A stretch of DNA of 64,000 bases, from assembly GCF_009914755.1 (NCBI RefSeq), contig NC_060932.1; one strand, given 5' to 3'. Shown here piece by piece: positions 13,841 through 27,463 of this stretch. Numbering within the stretch: the stretch's first letter is position 1; each line of letters starts with the position of its first letter. Made by a program: the position numbers and the translations under genes. This DNA comes from the human T2T-CHM13v2.0 reference genome, Homo sapiens. The notes beneath the pieces are model-generated. The model made no database searches, had not been told where the DNA came from, and saw only the letters and a program-made list of their open reading frames with translations.

Positions 13841-14169
13841 TAGAAGAGGTGGTATTCTTCTCCTTTCCTTTTTTTCCCCCTCCTTGTTTCATTTATTGAG
13901 TGCGCCCTTTATTCGTGATGCCGTCCCACTCACACAGCAGTGGAGAGACTGTTTTGAGAAAGTAATCCGAGTGAAGGTTAGTAAAAAAGCCAAACCTCTA
14001 ACTCATCAGGGAACTGGAGATTCTGGAGGAGGCAATGAAGAGAACCAGCTGATATCAATCTGCGATGTCCCATTTACCCTGGGAAATTCCTTCTGAGTTA
14101 ATCCAGGTGCACATCCTGAGTTCCACAGAACCCTTGGCATCTTTTCTCAGTGTCATAATGAGTGGTTTA

Positions 14170-14315
14170 CATCATCATCTTTCCCACTAGATTCTGGGCT
14201 CCTTCTTAGGGGAAGAAACTCCAGTCTTTCATCCCGGTCGTTTTAGGGCTGAGCCCATAGTTGGTAGTCAATAAATATTTGATGAATGTATACATAAATG
14301 AATGAATGAATGCAG
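14170..14315 (+). mobile_element. L2 3' end
   Basis: tttcccactagattctgggctcc...tcaataaatatttgatgaatg...aatgaatgaatgaa. Confidence 0.7.
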
Positions 14316-16309
14316 GCATAAATTTTTCTACCTCAAGCATGTCTGCCACAGACTGACTGCCTGAGAAGAATATATTCTGTGCAGAGTTCCATTATTATTA
14401 TCATGATTATTGACAATTTTCACTTGAAATATACTTCAAAGTGTTTTCATGCATTAGTAACCTGAAATTTTTATCCCTATTGAAACTATTCACATAATAA
14501 AATGTTATTTTCTTCACACAGCCACACACAAAACAAAACTGATTCCTTAGCCAACATTCTAGGCAAAATATTCTATTTTTGTGAAGGTCAATTCTTGCAG
14601 TATGACATCTATTCCAGCAGCTGACTTTGCAAATACACATCCTCCCTCACTTGGGGAGGATGCTAGAGGTTAAGATATAGGTCTCTGTTTTTAGACACTT
14701 GATGTTCAGGATTTTGATACTAATGAGAACTTTTAGTAATCAGAAATGTCCACAGCTACAAGCAGTGAGTTCCCTCTCCTTGAAGGTGTCCCATGGAGGA
14801 TGAAAGTCAGCTTGGCGGTGCCTTGCAGAGGAACTAAGCATCACACTGGTATTCAGTTTAGATGTCCTTGCTTTTCTCTTCAACCTAAACTTATCAAATT
14901 TCATGATTTAACATGGGAAATAGAAGATTTTTTTCTAGCAGTATTAGGTGGTTTGGGATCTGCAAAATAATTCACATGAGGGCAAAGGCTAAGACTAGAA
15001 TCTTGGTCTCTCTGAACAGAAATTTCCTTACTGGTCTTTCAGCAGTTTTCATGGATTTTAGTACTCCAGCCAAATGAGCTACTCCTCTCTGCAGAAATCC
15101 TTAAGTTCCCCAGAAGTGATCCTTTTATTCATAGCACAAGGCCCTTTAACTTGTCACTGAATCTCTCCTTGGCTCATCACGCTCCAGGCATTCTTGCAGA
15201 TCACTTTTCCCTTAAGAAAGGTGGTTCAGACTTCCTCTGCAAACTAATCATAGGCTTGTAGGAGGCTGCCCAGGAAAATATTAGGCAGACTGATTAGAAT
15301 GCTCGGATTCTGATCCTCAGGCCACTACGGACCTCACTGATAATGGAAATGCAGCTTAATGTTCCTTTCAGTGCTGCCTAGGCGATATGAAATATCACCT
15401 GCTATCCCAGAGTCTGTGGTGCAGCCCATTGAACACCACTCAAATGGGCCGCTGTATATTAAGACTCTTCTCCCACTGCACGAGTCGAGAGCTAGAACAC
15501 AGAGCCCTTTGCAGAGAGACAGCCCAAGCTGAAGGAATGCTTGGGTGACTCCAGTGGCCTAGGGAATGTGACAAAAACTCATGCTCATCAGTTGTTGTTT
15601 TGTTCCAACTTTGCCACAATGTACTCTATAATTTCAGTTTTCCTGATGGATTCTGGGGTGGGCAAATAGTGCTAAGCCTCCGAAGCACTGAGGTTGCCTT
15701 TCTTCATCACGGGGAAGCTTCCAGCCCTTGCAGCAGAGAACGGGCAGGAGTCCATACAGTTGATTTGTATTGACAGCTTCACCCCTCTCCTGGCACAGAT
15801 GGGAAATGGCCAAGAATGATGTGCAGAGTGGAAGGCAGTCCAGGTCAAGGCAGATGTTCTATTGTGTTGCTCCAGATACAGAAACAGGGCCAGGGTCAGA
15901 AGCTGTTTGTTCAGTCCCCACACTGTTAAAGGAAGGATCTGCAGGGCATGTTTAGAGAAAGCAAAAATAAAATGAAAAACAAAGCCCTCTTTCCTCAAAA
16001 AAGAGCCATACAGTAGTGCCACGGACAGGCTTGAGATGGAAGAAAAGAGGTACTAGATGTGTCTCGTCCATCAGCCCTGAGCAGTCCTGCCCTTTGAACC
16101 AGGCTAGGGAGGCCTTTGTCCCTTTTATTCTTAGAGGGCTGTGCTCTGGTATTTTGCTGGCTGTCTTTCTTCCCATGTAAGGGAGAGTCCTCCAGGCCAA
16201 GGGGATAGGCCCAATTGGAGCCTACCTTCCCCTTCTGCACCCTGGAATTGTCTAATTGGTGTGATGGCTAATACTGAGTGTTGATTTGATTGGATTGAAG
16301 GATGCAAAG

Positions 16310-16736
16310 GCTCCAAGCTTGGGCCCAGGGCCTGTGAGCATCTGTCCTCCCTGTCTGTCCTCCTGAGGGTCACTGTGCCACTGCTTTCAGAAAACCTCTA
16401 GGCTCCAGGAGGGCAAAGGGAGCCACGTTTACAGGGGCAGGGCAAGGATAGAGCTTGCGAGCTGAGCTGTCCACACATGTGAGCAGGATTCATGTTTCAG
16501 TGCCTATGGAACCAGGGGTGGGAAGAGAAGAGGGGATGGGCTTCAGGCCAGGGCCACTTCTCCCCCTGGTCTCCTACCAACTTCTCTTCATTAGGCTCTG
16601 GCAAAGAAGGTGGCCAAATATATTTTATTACATGTTTGTAAATTTGATTGATAATGTTAACATATTTAGACCTATAGTATATGGACCTCCATTCATACTC
16701 ATGTTTTGGGCTCTGAAAATATTAGAAGTGGGTCTG
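16310..16736. mobile_element. hAT-Tip100-like DNA element relic (subfamily uncertain)
   Basis: Terminal segment tttagacctatagtatatggacctccattcatactc...aatattagaagtgggtctg resembles Tip100-family ends; left boundary unclear. Confidence 0.4.
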
Positions 16737-17196
16737 GTTCTGACCACACCCCCTTCCTCCTAACTGCTTCCGGAAGGGGAAGGGAAATAAGGACTTGGGG
16801 TGGTTTGACAGGTGGGAAGTGAGGGTGTTGGGGGGCTGAGTAGGAGGTACTTTGCTGCTACTGAACCAAACAAAAAGTTTAGAGAAAGTAAAACTACCAG
16901 GAAGAAATCAAAATAGAGTATGTTTTCTCTCTGTGGTTCCCTATAAACTCCAAATGTTACAAACACTAAGGCAAGAGTGTCAATTCTACACACACACAAA
17001 AAGGAAAGATGCTGTCTCTTGGCTTGACTTGGTAGGTTCAGAGCGACTGTGATACTGTGACTAGGAAAGTGTGGTGAAGGTCACTGATCAGCATCTGCTT
17101 CAAACCCAAACTCTCACTATCTCAGAAGCAAACAGCAAGGTAAAAGTTTTGTCCAACAGCAGAGGGACTGAATAGAGAAGGAACTCATTAACCTGG

Positions 17197-17590
17197 TGTG
17201 ATGGCTAATATTGAGTGTCAATTTGATGGGATTGAAGGATGCAAAGTATTGATCCTGGGTGTGTCTGTGAGGGTGTTGCCAAAGAAGGTTAACATTTGAG
17301 TCAGTGGGCTGAGAAAGGCAGACCCACCCTTAATCTGGGTGGGCACCATCTAATCAGCTGCCAGTGTCGCTAGAATATAAAGCAGCCAGAGAAACATGAA
17401 AAGGTCAGACTGGCTTAGCCTCCCAGCTTACATCTATCTCCAGTGCTGGATGCTTCCTGCCCTAAAACATTGGACTTCAAGTTCTTCAGCTTTGGGACTT
17501 GGACTGGCTTCCTTGCTCCTCATCTTGCAGATGACCTGTTGTGGGACCTTGTGATTGAGTGAGTTAATACTATTGAATAAACTCCATTTT
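17197..17590 (+). mobile_element. MLT2A (HERV-L) LTR, 3' end truncated
   Basis: tgtgatggctaatattgagtgtcaa...ggattgaaggatgcaaagtattgatcctgggtgtgtctgtgagggtgttgccaaag...aataaactcc. Confidence 0.92.
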
Positions 17591-17762
17591 CTATTCAGGC
17601 ACACTCCTAGTTTCTTAGAAGCATGGACAAGTGGTTGGTCTGAGTCTGTCTAGCTTGCCCAGGTTGAGATGGCTGATCTGATGGGTATCCTTGCCATCCA
17701 TCATTGCTCCATGTAATTCTCCCCCAAAGCTATGACGTTCAGCTGAAGAAGGTTGAACTCGC

Positions 17763-17900
17763 TGTCTTAGTTTGGCTTCCCCCAAAAGCAGAACCCGAGA
17801 CAAGGACTTGAGTGCAGGTGGTTTATTTGAGAGGTGAATCCAGGAAGCACAAACCAGGATGTAGGGAAAGAGAGACAGGGAAGACAGAAAAGCCAACATG
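17763..17900 (-). mobile_element. LTR16-family (ERVL) 3' fragment
   Basis: tgtcttagtttggcttcccccaaaagcagaacccgagacaaggacttgagtgcaggtggtttatttg is the antisense LTR16 terminus. Confidence 0.75.
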
Positions 17901-19845
17901 GTGTGCTGGTGTCTGCTCTACTCACTACACTTACTCTCCCAGATTTCACCTTTGCTCACATCAGTCCTCATGCCATGGAATGAACCTAACCTTTCTGTCT
18001 CTCATGAAGAATTCCACTTACATGAATGGCGGGCAAGGCTCAAAAAGCCTCGCCTTCCTATTTGTAAAATGACTTCAAACTGTCTACATAGTTCAATTAA
18101 AATTTTATACTTCCTTCCAGGATTAGAACACAGCTTCCAAATTCTCTTAAATGCCTGGGCAGCCATCAAACCTTCCAGTGATCGGTGATGCAGTAAATAC
18201 ATGGGTTAGGGCAAAGGGGCTGGCAGCAAGATGAGGAAAAGCTCACTATCTAACATAAATAACCTATGTCATAAGACTGTGGAGAAAATTCCCATATGCA
18301 CTTTGGGGCAGCCCAATCCTGAGCATATTAGACCTTCCCTGGCACCCCAGATGGTGAGGCTGTCCTCTCCCTCCAGCTCCCTCCTTGGCCCCTGTCTGAA
18401 GGCCCAGTATCCTCCCTGTTCTCACACGAGTCTAATGTGGGCCAGAAAGGATAGATTTACGTGCCTTCAGCACAATGCATGGCCAGTGAGTATCAAGTCC
18501 TCCTGACTCTCTGGCCCTATGACCCTATTCTGACAACTGAGTCTTTTCCGTATGCCTCAGATCTGCCTACCATCTCCTGTTTTCATCTGCCGCAAATGAA
18601 TCCAACTCCCCAGACAACTATTGAACATTCAATTACTGGCTCAAGTGGACAACTCAAATTACCGGCTTTCCCTTTCTGCCTGACCCAGTGCAAAGACCTC
18701 TATCCTATACTGACTTATGGCGAGAAGTATTAGAGCTTCACATAAGTGCTATGAAGAGCATTGATCAGTATCTTTTGCAAACCCACACTGTAAAAATGTA
18801 TCAAGCCAAATGTTTTCTATGCAGAGGTGACTTGCAGAAGTCATTACTGTTTTGGCAGGATGTTGGGCTAATCAGAAAATGATGCTGCCTAATCGTAGTA
18901 ATCACAGTACCAAGTCAGGAGTGAGTGGGAGACTAGATCATATTTATTTGGTGAGAAGAAGAGTGGCCAACCACCTACCTTACCCTTCCACAGGAGCCTC
19001 CATCTGTCAGTCAACAAGTCTTTTCCAAGAGCCTTCTATATACTATGCTAAGCTTAGGCACCAGCTTAGGAAACTCAACTCAGGCATGAGAAGGAATTTT
19101 CTGACTATCATTAGGGGATTTAAATACTTGGGCGTATTCCTGAGACAGCCTGGGTAGCCTCCCTGTTTTGCAGCTTTTATTAATGTGTTAGACTTTTAGG
19201 GAAAGCTAAATCAGTGATTTCCTAGCTGAATTTCAGAAAACCCTAGGGTGTCATGGAACCCTAGACTTCTATAAAGTATGCTTTAAGGGATTATACACAT
19301 ATTTGGTTAAGATTTCACTTTTTAATGAGAATTTACTTTTGACTATTTAAAAAATGGTAAGAAAAAGTGGCACCCATGCATTTAAATGTGTCTTATATAA
19401 AACTTGGATATGTTGGAACACCAAAGTTTGGGTGCTGCTACAAGGTTAACTCATTTTTGTGCAGACTTGAAATCAAGCTTCTCCTGTGGCATGTATTTAG
19501 CTAATTGCAGGGGCATCTGTTAAACAATGATGTTACAAATACCTGTGTGGACCATGATCCCCTGACTCCTACACAATGAAAACAAGATACTGAGGCTTAC
19601 ATAAAACTTCAACTGTTATCCTAACTTCCAGTTAAAAATTGCTGCCTAGTTGAATGAGCCTTACTACTCTAATTGGCTGGCTTTTTAATGAGTAAATGTG
19701 ACAAAGCTGTACTTACAAAATAAATTCATATAAATATAACCATAATGCCATTTTTTATTTATGCTAGCTATTGATGTTTTATATAGGTTTCCTTAGGGAA
19801 AAAAAATGAGTCATAGTTAAAAATAACTTTGAGACCATTAGTTTA

Positions 19846-21235
<1,390 letters not shown>

Positions 21236-21764
21236 GAGACCATTAGTTTAGATAAAGGTGTGTAATGACTTCAAAATTCCCTTCCAATCTGATTATCTAA
21301 TCACAACACTTGTTCTGACTATATTGCAGCAATGATACTTTTATTGGAAGAATACTCATGGTGTTATGTTGTTGCTATATGAACAAAGCAGGTTTAAAGG
21401 AGCTGTATATGACATATTATATATATATTGCATATTCATACGTACATATACACATATATACTACATACGATTTATACTTAGAAAAGACTAAAAGTAAATA
21501 TGCCAATGCTACAAACTATACAAAAAGCCAATTAAAATTATTTTTTGAAGGCAAAAAACGTGGCATTTCTTCAGTGTAGATGGATGAGTGTGATTGGCAT
21601 TATTTCCAAATGCACAAAGTAAATAAATGTGTGAGATGAGCCTAGAGTTTGCTAAGCCCACTCTGTATATCCCTTCATTCACTGCTAGTTGGTTTCTTGG
21701 CCAGGAGACACATATACTGAAGCAGTGAAGGGGCTGTACAGCTCACCAGTTAGGTGCACTGGTT

Positions 21765-21985
21765 CAGATAGATAGGCGACTGGGCCCAAATTCCTCTTCT
21801 GTCCTTCAAAAGCTGTATATCCCTGGGCATACTTGACCTCTCTCAAATTTTCTGATTTACAAAAGGGGATGATAATATCTGCCTAGCAAGACTACCATAA
21901 AGAACATGAAATGTGTTTAGAACCCCAGGACAATACCTAGCACATATTAAATGTCCAGTAAACGGCAGCTATTGTTATTGCTAGG
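21765..21985 (+). mobile_element. MIR SINE
   Basis: ctgggcccaaattcc...tacttgacctctct...cctagcacatattaaatgtccagtaaacggcagctatt. Confidence 0.6.
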
Positions 21986-22650
21986 AAGTGGCTCTTGCCA
22001 CAGGGTGTTTCCAGTCTAGTGGGGAAGGCAGCAGACATTTGAACAGATGAATTATACTACATCCCAATTAGCAATGCTATTGAAGCAAAGACTGTGTTGG
22101 GAACTCAAGGGAGGCATGCTTAATGGAGTTAGAGCTAGAGAGTCTGAAACTCAGCTCCATGAAAGAAAAAGATTACTTCAGGCTCTGCCAAGATCTTTTC
22201 GGTCTCTGAAGCTACAGAAGAAACCTATGGAAGAGAGCAGAAGGCTTTGGAGGTGTGCCAGCCTTTTTGCTGTAGGTTCAAACTGGGTACTCTGCAAAGG
22301 AGCCCTGTTTCAGGGGACCTTGCCCAACACATGGGTAATATGGCCAGTCCCAGCTCTTGTACACTCTGACAAAGTTTGGGCTTTGAGATGAGTGAGAGCC
22401 ATGGGCCCAGGCCTGCCTGCTTTAATTAGTTCCATTACATGCCTTCAGTGCTGCAAGAGAACACAGAGCCCTTCATCTTGTGTCACCTGCCAGGTAAGGG
22501 GTATGTGTCTCCTGAGACTGTCAGAATAAAGTTGTCTCCACGCATGCACAAGTTGAGCTCCTCAGCCCACACCACATTACTGCTTTCAAACACTGAAAGC
22601 TATTTTTAGTTGAGATTCCCTTTTAGGGAACATGGAGTGGGGAAGAAGGG

Positions 22651-22792
22651 TTGAGTAGTTTGATGGAAAGGAAGCACCAGATTTTAAAGATTCAGCTGCA
22701 AATTAGCCCACAAGGTTGTGTACAAATCTCTAATCTAATGTAACATTTGACCTTTGGAAACTACATTTGTTTTTGTTGTTTTAATGAAATGG
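22651..22792 (+). repeat. Local direct duplication A, copy 1 (partner 23579-23715)
   Basis: First 86 nt match the partner at 80 of 86 positions without gaps (counted by eye); the remainder is weaker. Confidence 0.95.
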
Positions 22793-22829
22793 AAAGCCAG
22801 ATAAGAAAGATGAGGCTTCTAAACAAAGA

Positions 22830-23578
22830 TGATTTTAGCTAGAGAGGAAGGAAGAAAAGCCAGGGTGGCAGAATTGCACCGTTGAACTAGGCATGCAGGA
22901 GGGAGATGGAGCTGGGGATGAGGAGAGAGGCAAGCTGACTTAGAGGGGCCATGGAAGACTGTGGGTGAAATGCACAAGGCAGAGTGTGAACAGGAGGGAA
23001 GTAGGCTAGGAGGTGGAGATGCAGGGTAGGGGAGTACAAGCAATTAAAAATGTGGCAGCTGCTCATGGGATTCCATGGCCCATGCCTTTGACCACTCCTG
23101 ACTTGAACCACATCTTATTTTAGCTGCAGATGTGATGAGCAGTTCCTTTAACCAGTGAGGACTTCCTGTCTTAAGGCTCCTCAGCTCCTCTGCTTCAGAA
23201 CTTTCTGCAAAACTGCAGAACCCACTTGGCCAAGTATGGAGGAATTAATGTGAGGCTGGGAAGAAGGAGGTAAGTGGAAAGAGGATGGGCGAGGTGAGGG
23301 GTTGTTGGATAATGCTCCAGCCTTCAAACCTATGGGAGGTGGGGGGCATCATTATTCTAAGTGCATTCTGAACAATTCTTCAAATTGTCCCCAGTCAGAT
23401 TCCACCCCAGTTGCCCAAAGTGGTAACCAGCTCAGTATTCATTCTTTAAGGACTCTCCATTCTTCCCTGTATCAATCTCTCTGCCCTTCATTCCACTTCT
23501 TGAGATCACCTCCGAAATCAACTACCTGCACCTAGGTCCTTGTCTCAAATAGACTCTGCTTTTAGGGGAACCCAAACT
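22830..23578 (+). mobile_element. LTR16-family (ERVL) LTR lacking its last few bases
   Basis: gagatcacctccgaaatcaactacctgcacctaggtccttgtctc...ctctgcttttaggggaacccaaact matches the LTR16 3' end; 5' boundary approximate. Confidence 0.65.
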
Positions 23579-23715
23579 TTGAGTAATTTGATGGAAAGGA
23601 AGCACGAGGTTTTAAAGATTCAGCTGCAAATTAGCTCACAATGTTGTGTACAAAGCTCTAATCTCCTGTGAGATTTCAGCTTTGGAAGCCACTTTCTTTG
23701 TTTGTTTGTTTTTGA
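23579..23715 (+). repeat. Local direct duplication A, copy 2
   Basis: ttgagtaatttgatggaaaggaagcac...gattcagctgcaaattagc...tgtgtacaaagctctaatct repeats 22651 onward. Confidence 0.95.
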
Positions 23716-23762
23716 AAGTAATGGCAAAAACCACAATTAATTAATTTTGCACCAACCTAATA
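23712..23762. mobile_element. Half MADE1 (Hsmar1 MITE): centre plus one TIR
   Basis: ttgaaagtaatggcaaaaaccacaatta[atta]attttgcaccaacctaa followed by TA; the other arm is absent. Confidence 0.88.
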
Positions 23763-24009
23763 AAAGAGGATTGAAGGAAATGAGTTGGTGGCAGCAGTAT
23801 CTACAACAGAGAAAGGACAGATTAAATTATGCCCGTGGAAGTGTTCCACCATACACAATATTCCTCATCGTAACATAGGGCCGAAAGGACTTTTAAGATA
23901 CTGTCTAATCTGTATTCTTACCTTAAGGCAACTCCTTCATCTCCCCAGACAGGAGAGCTTTCTTAAGAGTTGCTATTTGAAAATTTCTCAATATCATTAG
24001 CAAAATGTA

Positions 24010-24125
24010 TGAAGTTGATAATTATCATTAGTACTGATAATAAATTAGAACACTGCCACCATAAACATAAAGTTATCACTGTTGACTTGTTACAAACCAA
24101 TCTGATCAATCTGACAGATAACCAT
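24010..24125. promoter_or_regulatory. Candidate GATA-cluster enhancer
   Basis: Five WGATAA sites in 106 bp of non-repeat sequence, including the palindrome TGATAATTATCA, plus TGACAG. Confidence 0.4.
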
Positions 24126-26129
24126 GTGGGAGGTAAGCCTGGGTGTTCAGTGCTCAATATATTGAAACGACTGCCTCTCTCCCTTCCCACCTCAATGAGG
24201 ATTTCTGTTTCTCCCATGTATTCAACAGGAAATAAATTTTTCCCCATTTGCTGGTGCCGTATAAGCAAAACTATTTTCCTCATCATTGTTTAAGAACTAT
24301 GTTTATTCAGTTTTGAAAAATCTATTTTTGTACACATACATTTCTGAAGAAATCCTTAGATACCATTTAAAAACCTGAATATTATTTTAGCACTAAGATT
24401 ATCTTCTCCAGTTTCCTAGACATTCTCAGAGACATTGCTGACTGGAGAGGATACATTTTTTTTTTGGGATAAGGATTAAATTTGTTTCTCCACAAAAGAA
24501 CCGCCTATTTCTGTAGCAATGCTATTTTCTTGACAAACTCAACCCTCTGTGGATTAAACTCCTCTTTCAACATTGACATCAAATATGTAATTCCCACAAT
24601 TTTTCAAATGGCTAAACAAAATTATGAATGAATCTTCAGATAACATGTGAGATGAATGTGGACATTTTGAAATAGACTCCTGTTTAAATATCATTACCAG
24701 GAAAATTACTCTTCAGCAGAAAGAAAACAGTTCTGTTTTCATGGTACATGGGAAAAAAATACAAGATTTAAAAGGGAAATTTAGAGCCATTATCTGGACT
24801 ATTTCTGCTAGTGCCATAGAATACAGAAAGCTATTAGAGATCTACAATGTAGGAAGTGCATGTAGCTGGTTGTAATCGACACTGAACTTCCAGTAGGGTT
24901 TTGAAGAGGCACATCCTGGCAATGTGGGAGAGTGTTGGTAATTAAACAGTCACAAAAATCTGAAACTGGAATGCTGACAAGAAAGCATCCTGGCATTACT
25001 AGCACTAATAGTCTAGTAGTGTCTAATAGTCAATCTGCAGTGCTCCTCTTCAGCTTAAATAATGTTTGCCAGAAATCTCAGTCAACACTTTTTTCCCTCC
25101 TTTCTTTTTGCATTATGCTGCAGGAATTATAGGAAGCCTGCTGTGATGGCAAGAGATTAGAAGGCAAGGATGTTCTCCAGGATAGGTTGGTTGGGAGACA
25201 GAAGTAAGAGAAACCAGAAAATGCACCTCAGTAAAAACTCTTGCCTGCTGGCCAATGCAGTAAAGAATAATACAGGATCTCTGACATGTGGGGTCAAAGG
25301 CTGCCTTGTCCTGTTATTTGTAGTTGTCATGCATTAAAAAGCTGCCTAAAGCTTTAGGGGTGTGTGCCAGAACTGAGCTGAGGTGGTAATAACTCCGTTT
25401 CTCTTCTGGGGTGTCCAAGGGTTATGTCTACAGAGAATAAGACCATTTGATGCAGACAAGAGGCAGGCAAGGACTGTGAGGAGCAGACACGTTGGGGTCA
25501 GCCAGATGAGAGTCTATTTACTTGAGGGAACAGTGAGCAAGTCATCTTATGTTTCTCTTCAGTTTCTGGCCTAAAGATAATAGCAAGAATAGTCACTACC
25601 TTGAAGGGTCGTGATGAGTATTAAATGTGATCACATTGGCGCAGTGCTTCGTACAGTGCCTAGCAATAGTAATACTCCATAAATGCTAGCCATTGCTTTC
25701 AGAGAAGAGGAAAACTACCACCAGGTGTTTTTTCATCATATGTAGACTATTGCAACAAGACCCAAGTTGAAATTTAGCCAAACTACTGTAGAGAAGATTC
25801 ATGAAAGAGCAGAAGTTTTTATCATTCCTGTGTAAAATTTACCATGTGCTCAGCACCAGGCTGTGTGGTTGCCTATGAGAATTTTCAGTTCATTGATTGC
25901 TGGGCTAATAAATATGGAACACATTCTGTGTGAGTTTGACTCCAAGCCCTATGGTCTTTTTGCTATACCATATAGCTTCCTATCCTAGACCGGAAGAATT
26001 CACACAAGATTAGAACCCTGGCTTCCTAGGCAAGTCTTTCTGAGTGTAACTGTGGTACGGTATTACTATGCAGATATTCCTTCTCCCACCCTTTCCCTCT
26101 TGCACGTTGCCTTTGTGATTTATTTTGTA

Positions 26130-26414
<285 letters not shown>

Positions 26415-26439
26415 GTGAAGTATTTTTTAAACAAAATAT

Positions 26440-27463
26440 TTATTATTTTTTCTCCTTTTTCAAAATTTGTTTTATATTCAGGGGGTACACAGGCAGGCTT
26501 GTTACCTGGGTATATTGTGTGACGCTGAGGTTTGGGATATAAATGATCCTGTCACCCAGGTACTGAGCATAGTACCCAACAGTTGATTTCTCAACCCTTG
26601 TCCCCACTCCCTCCCTCCCACGGCTAGTAGTCCCCATTGTCTATTGTTGCCATCTTTATGTCCAAAATCACCCAATGTTTAGCTCCCGCTTATAAGTGAG
26701 AACATGCAGCATTTGGTTTTCTGTTCCTGCATTAATTCACTTAGGATAATGGCCTCTGGCTGCATCCATGTTGCTGCAAAGGACATGATTTCATTCTTTT
26801 TTATGACTGCATAGTATTCCATGATGTATATGTACCACATTTTCTTTATCCTGTCCACCGTTCATAGGCACCTAGGTTGATTCCATGTCTTAGTTATCGT
26901 GAATAATGCTGCAATGAACATATGAGTGCATGTGTCTTTTTGGTAGAACATTTTGTTTTCTAGGTCAAGTGGTAGTTCTATTTTAAGTTATTTAAGAAAT
27001 CTCCAAACTACTTCCCACAGCAGCTGAACTAATTTACATTCCCACAAACCGTGTATAAATGTTACCTTTTCTCCATAGCCTCTCCAGCATCTGTTGTTTA
27101 CTGACCTTTTTTTTTTTTTGAAATGGGGTCTCACCCTGTCCCCAGGCTGGAGTGCACTGGTGCTATCTTGCCTCACTGCAACTCTGCCTCATGGGCTCAA
27201 GTGATCCTCCCACCTCAGCCTTACAAGTAGCTGGGACTTCAGACACAAGCCATTAGGCCCGGCTAATTTTTGTATTTTGTTTCAGAGGCGTGGTTTCTAC
27301 AGCCATGTTGCCCAGGCTGCTCTCTAACTCCTGGTCTCAAGTGATCCGCCCACCTTGGCCTCTCAAAGTGCTGGGATTACAGGCGTGAGCCACTGCACCT
27401 GGCCTGACGTTTTAATAATAGTCATTCTGACAGATGTGAGATGGTATTTCACTGTGGTTTTGA
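26440..27463 (-). mobile_element. L1PB/L1MA 3' end, split by an Alu
   Basis: gtcacccaggtactgagcatagtacccaacag...gctcccgcttataagtgagaacatg...cattctgacagatgtgagatggtatttcactgtggttttga. Confidence 0.92.
27107..27404 (-). mobile_element. AluJ, full length, nested in L1
   Basis: Antisense dimeric Alu with gggctcaagtgatcctcccacctcagcc; L1 resumes on both sides. Confidence 0.93.

Noticed and set aside
16776-16835. G-quadruplex candidate
   Set aside because: G runs are present but four tracts require a loop of 12 nt or more; weak.
22651-23715. Direct repeats as LTRs of a small retroelement or as a CRISPR-like array
   Set aside because: Only two copies, no TG...CA ends, no TSD or primer-binding site, and no regular repeat-spacer structure.
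23963-24293. Two overlapping antisense 107-aa ORFs
   Set aside because: No recognisable protein features or codon bias; opposite-strand open frames of this length occur by chance.
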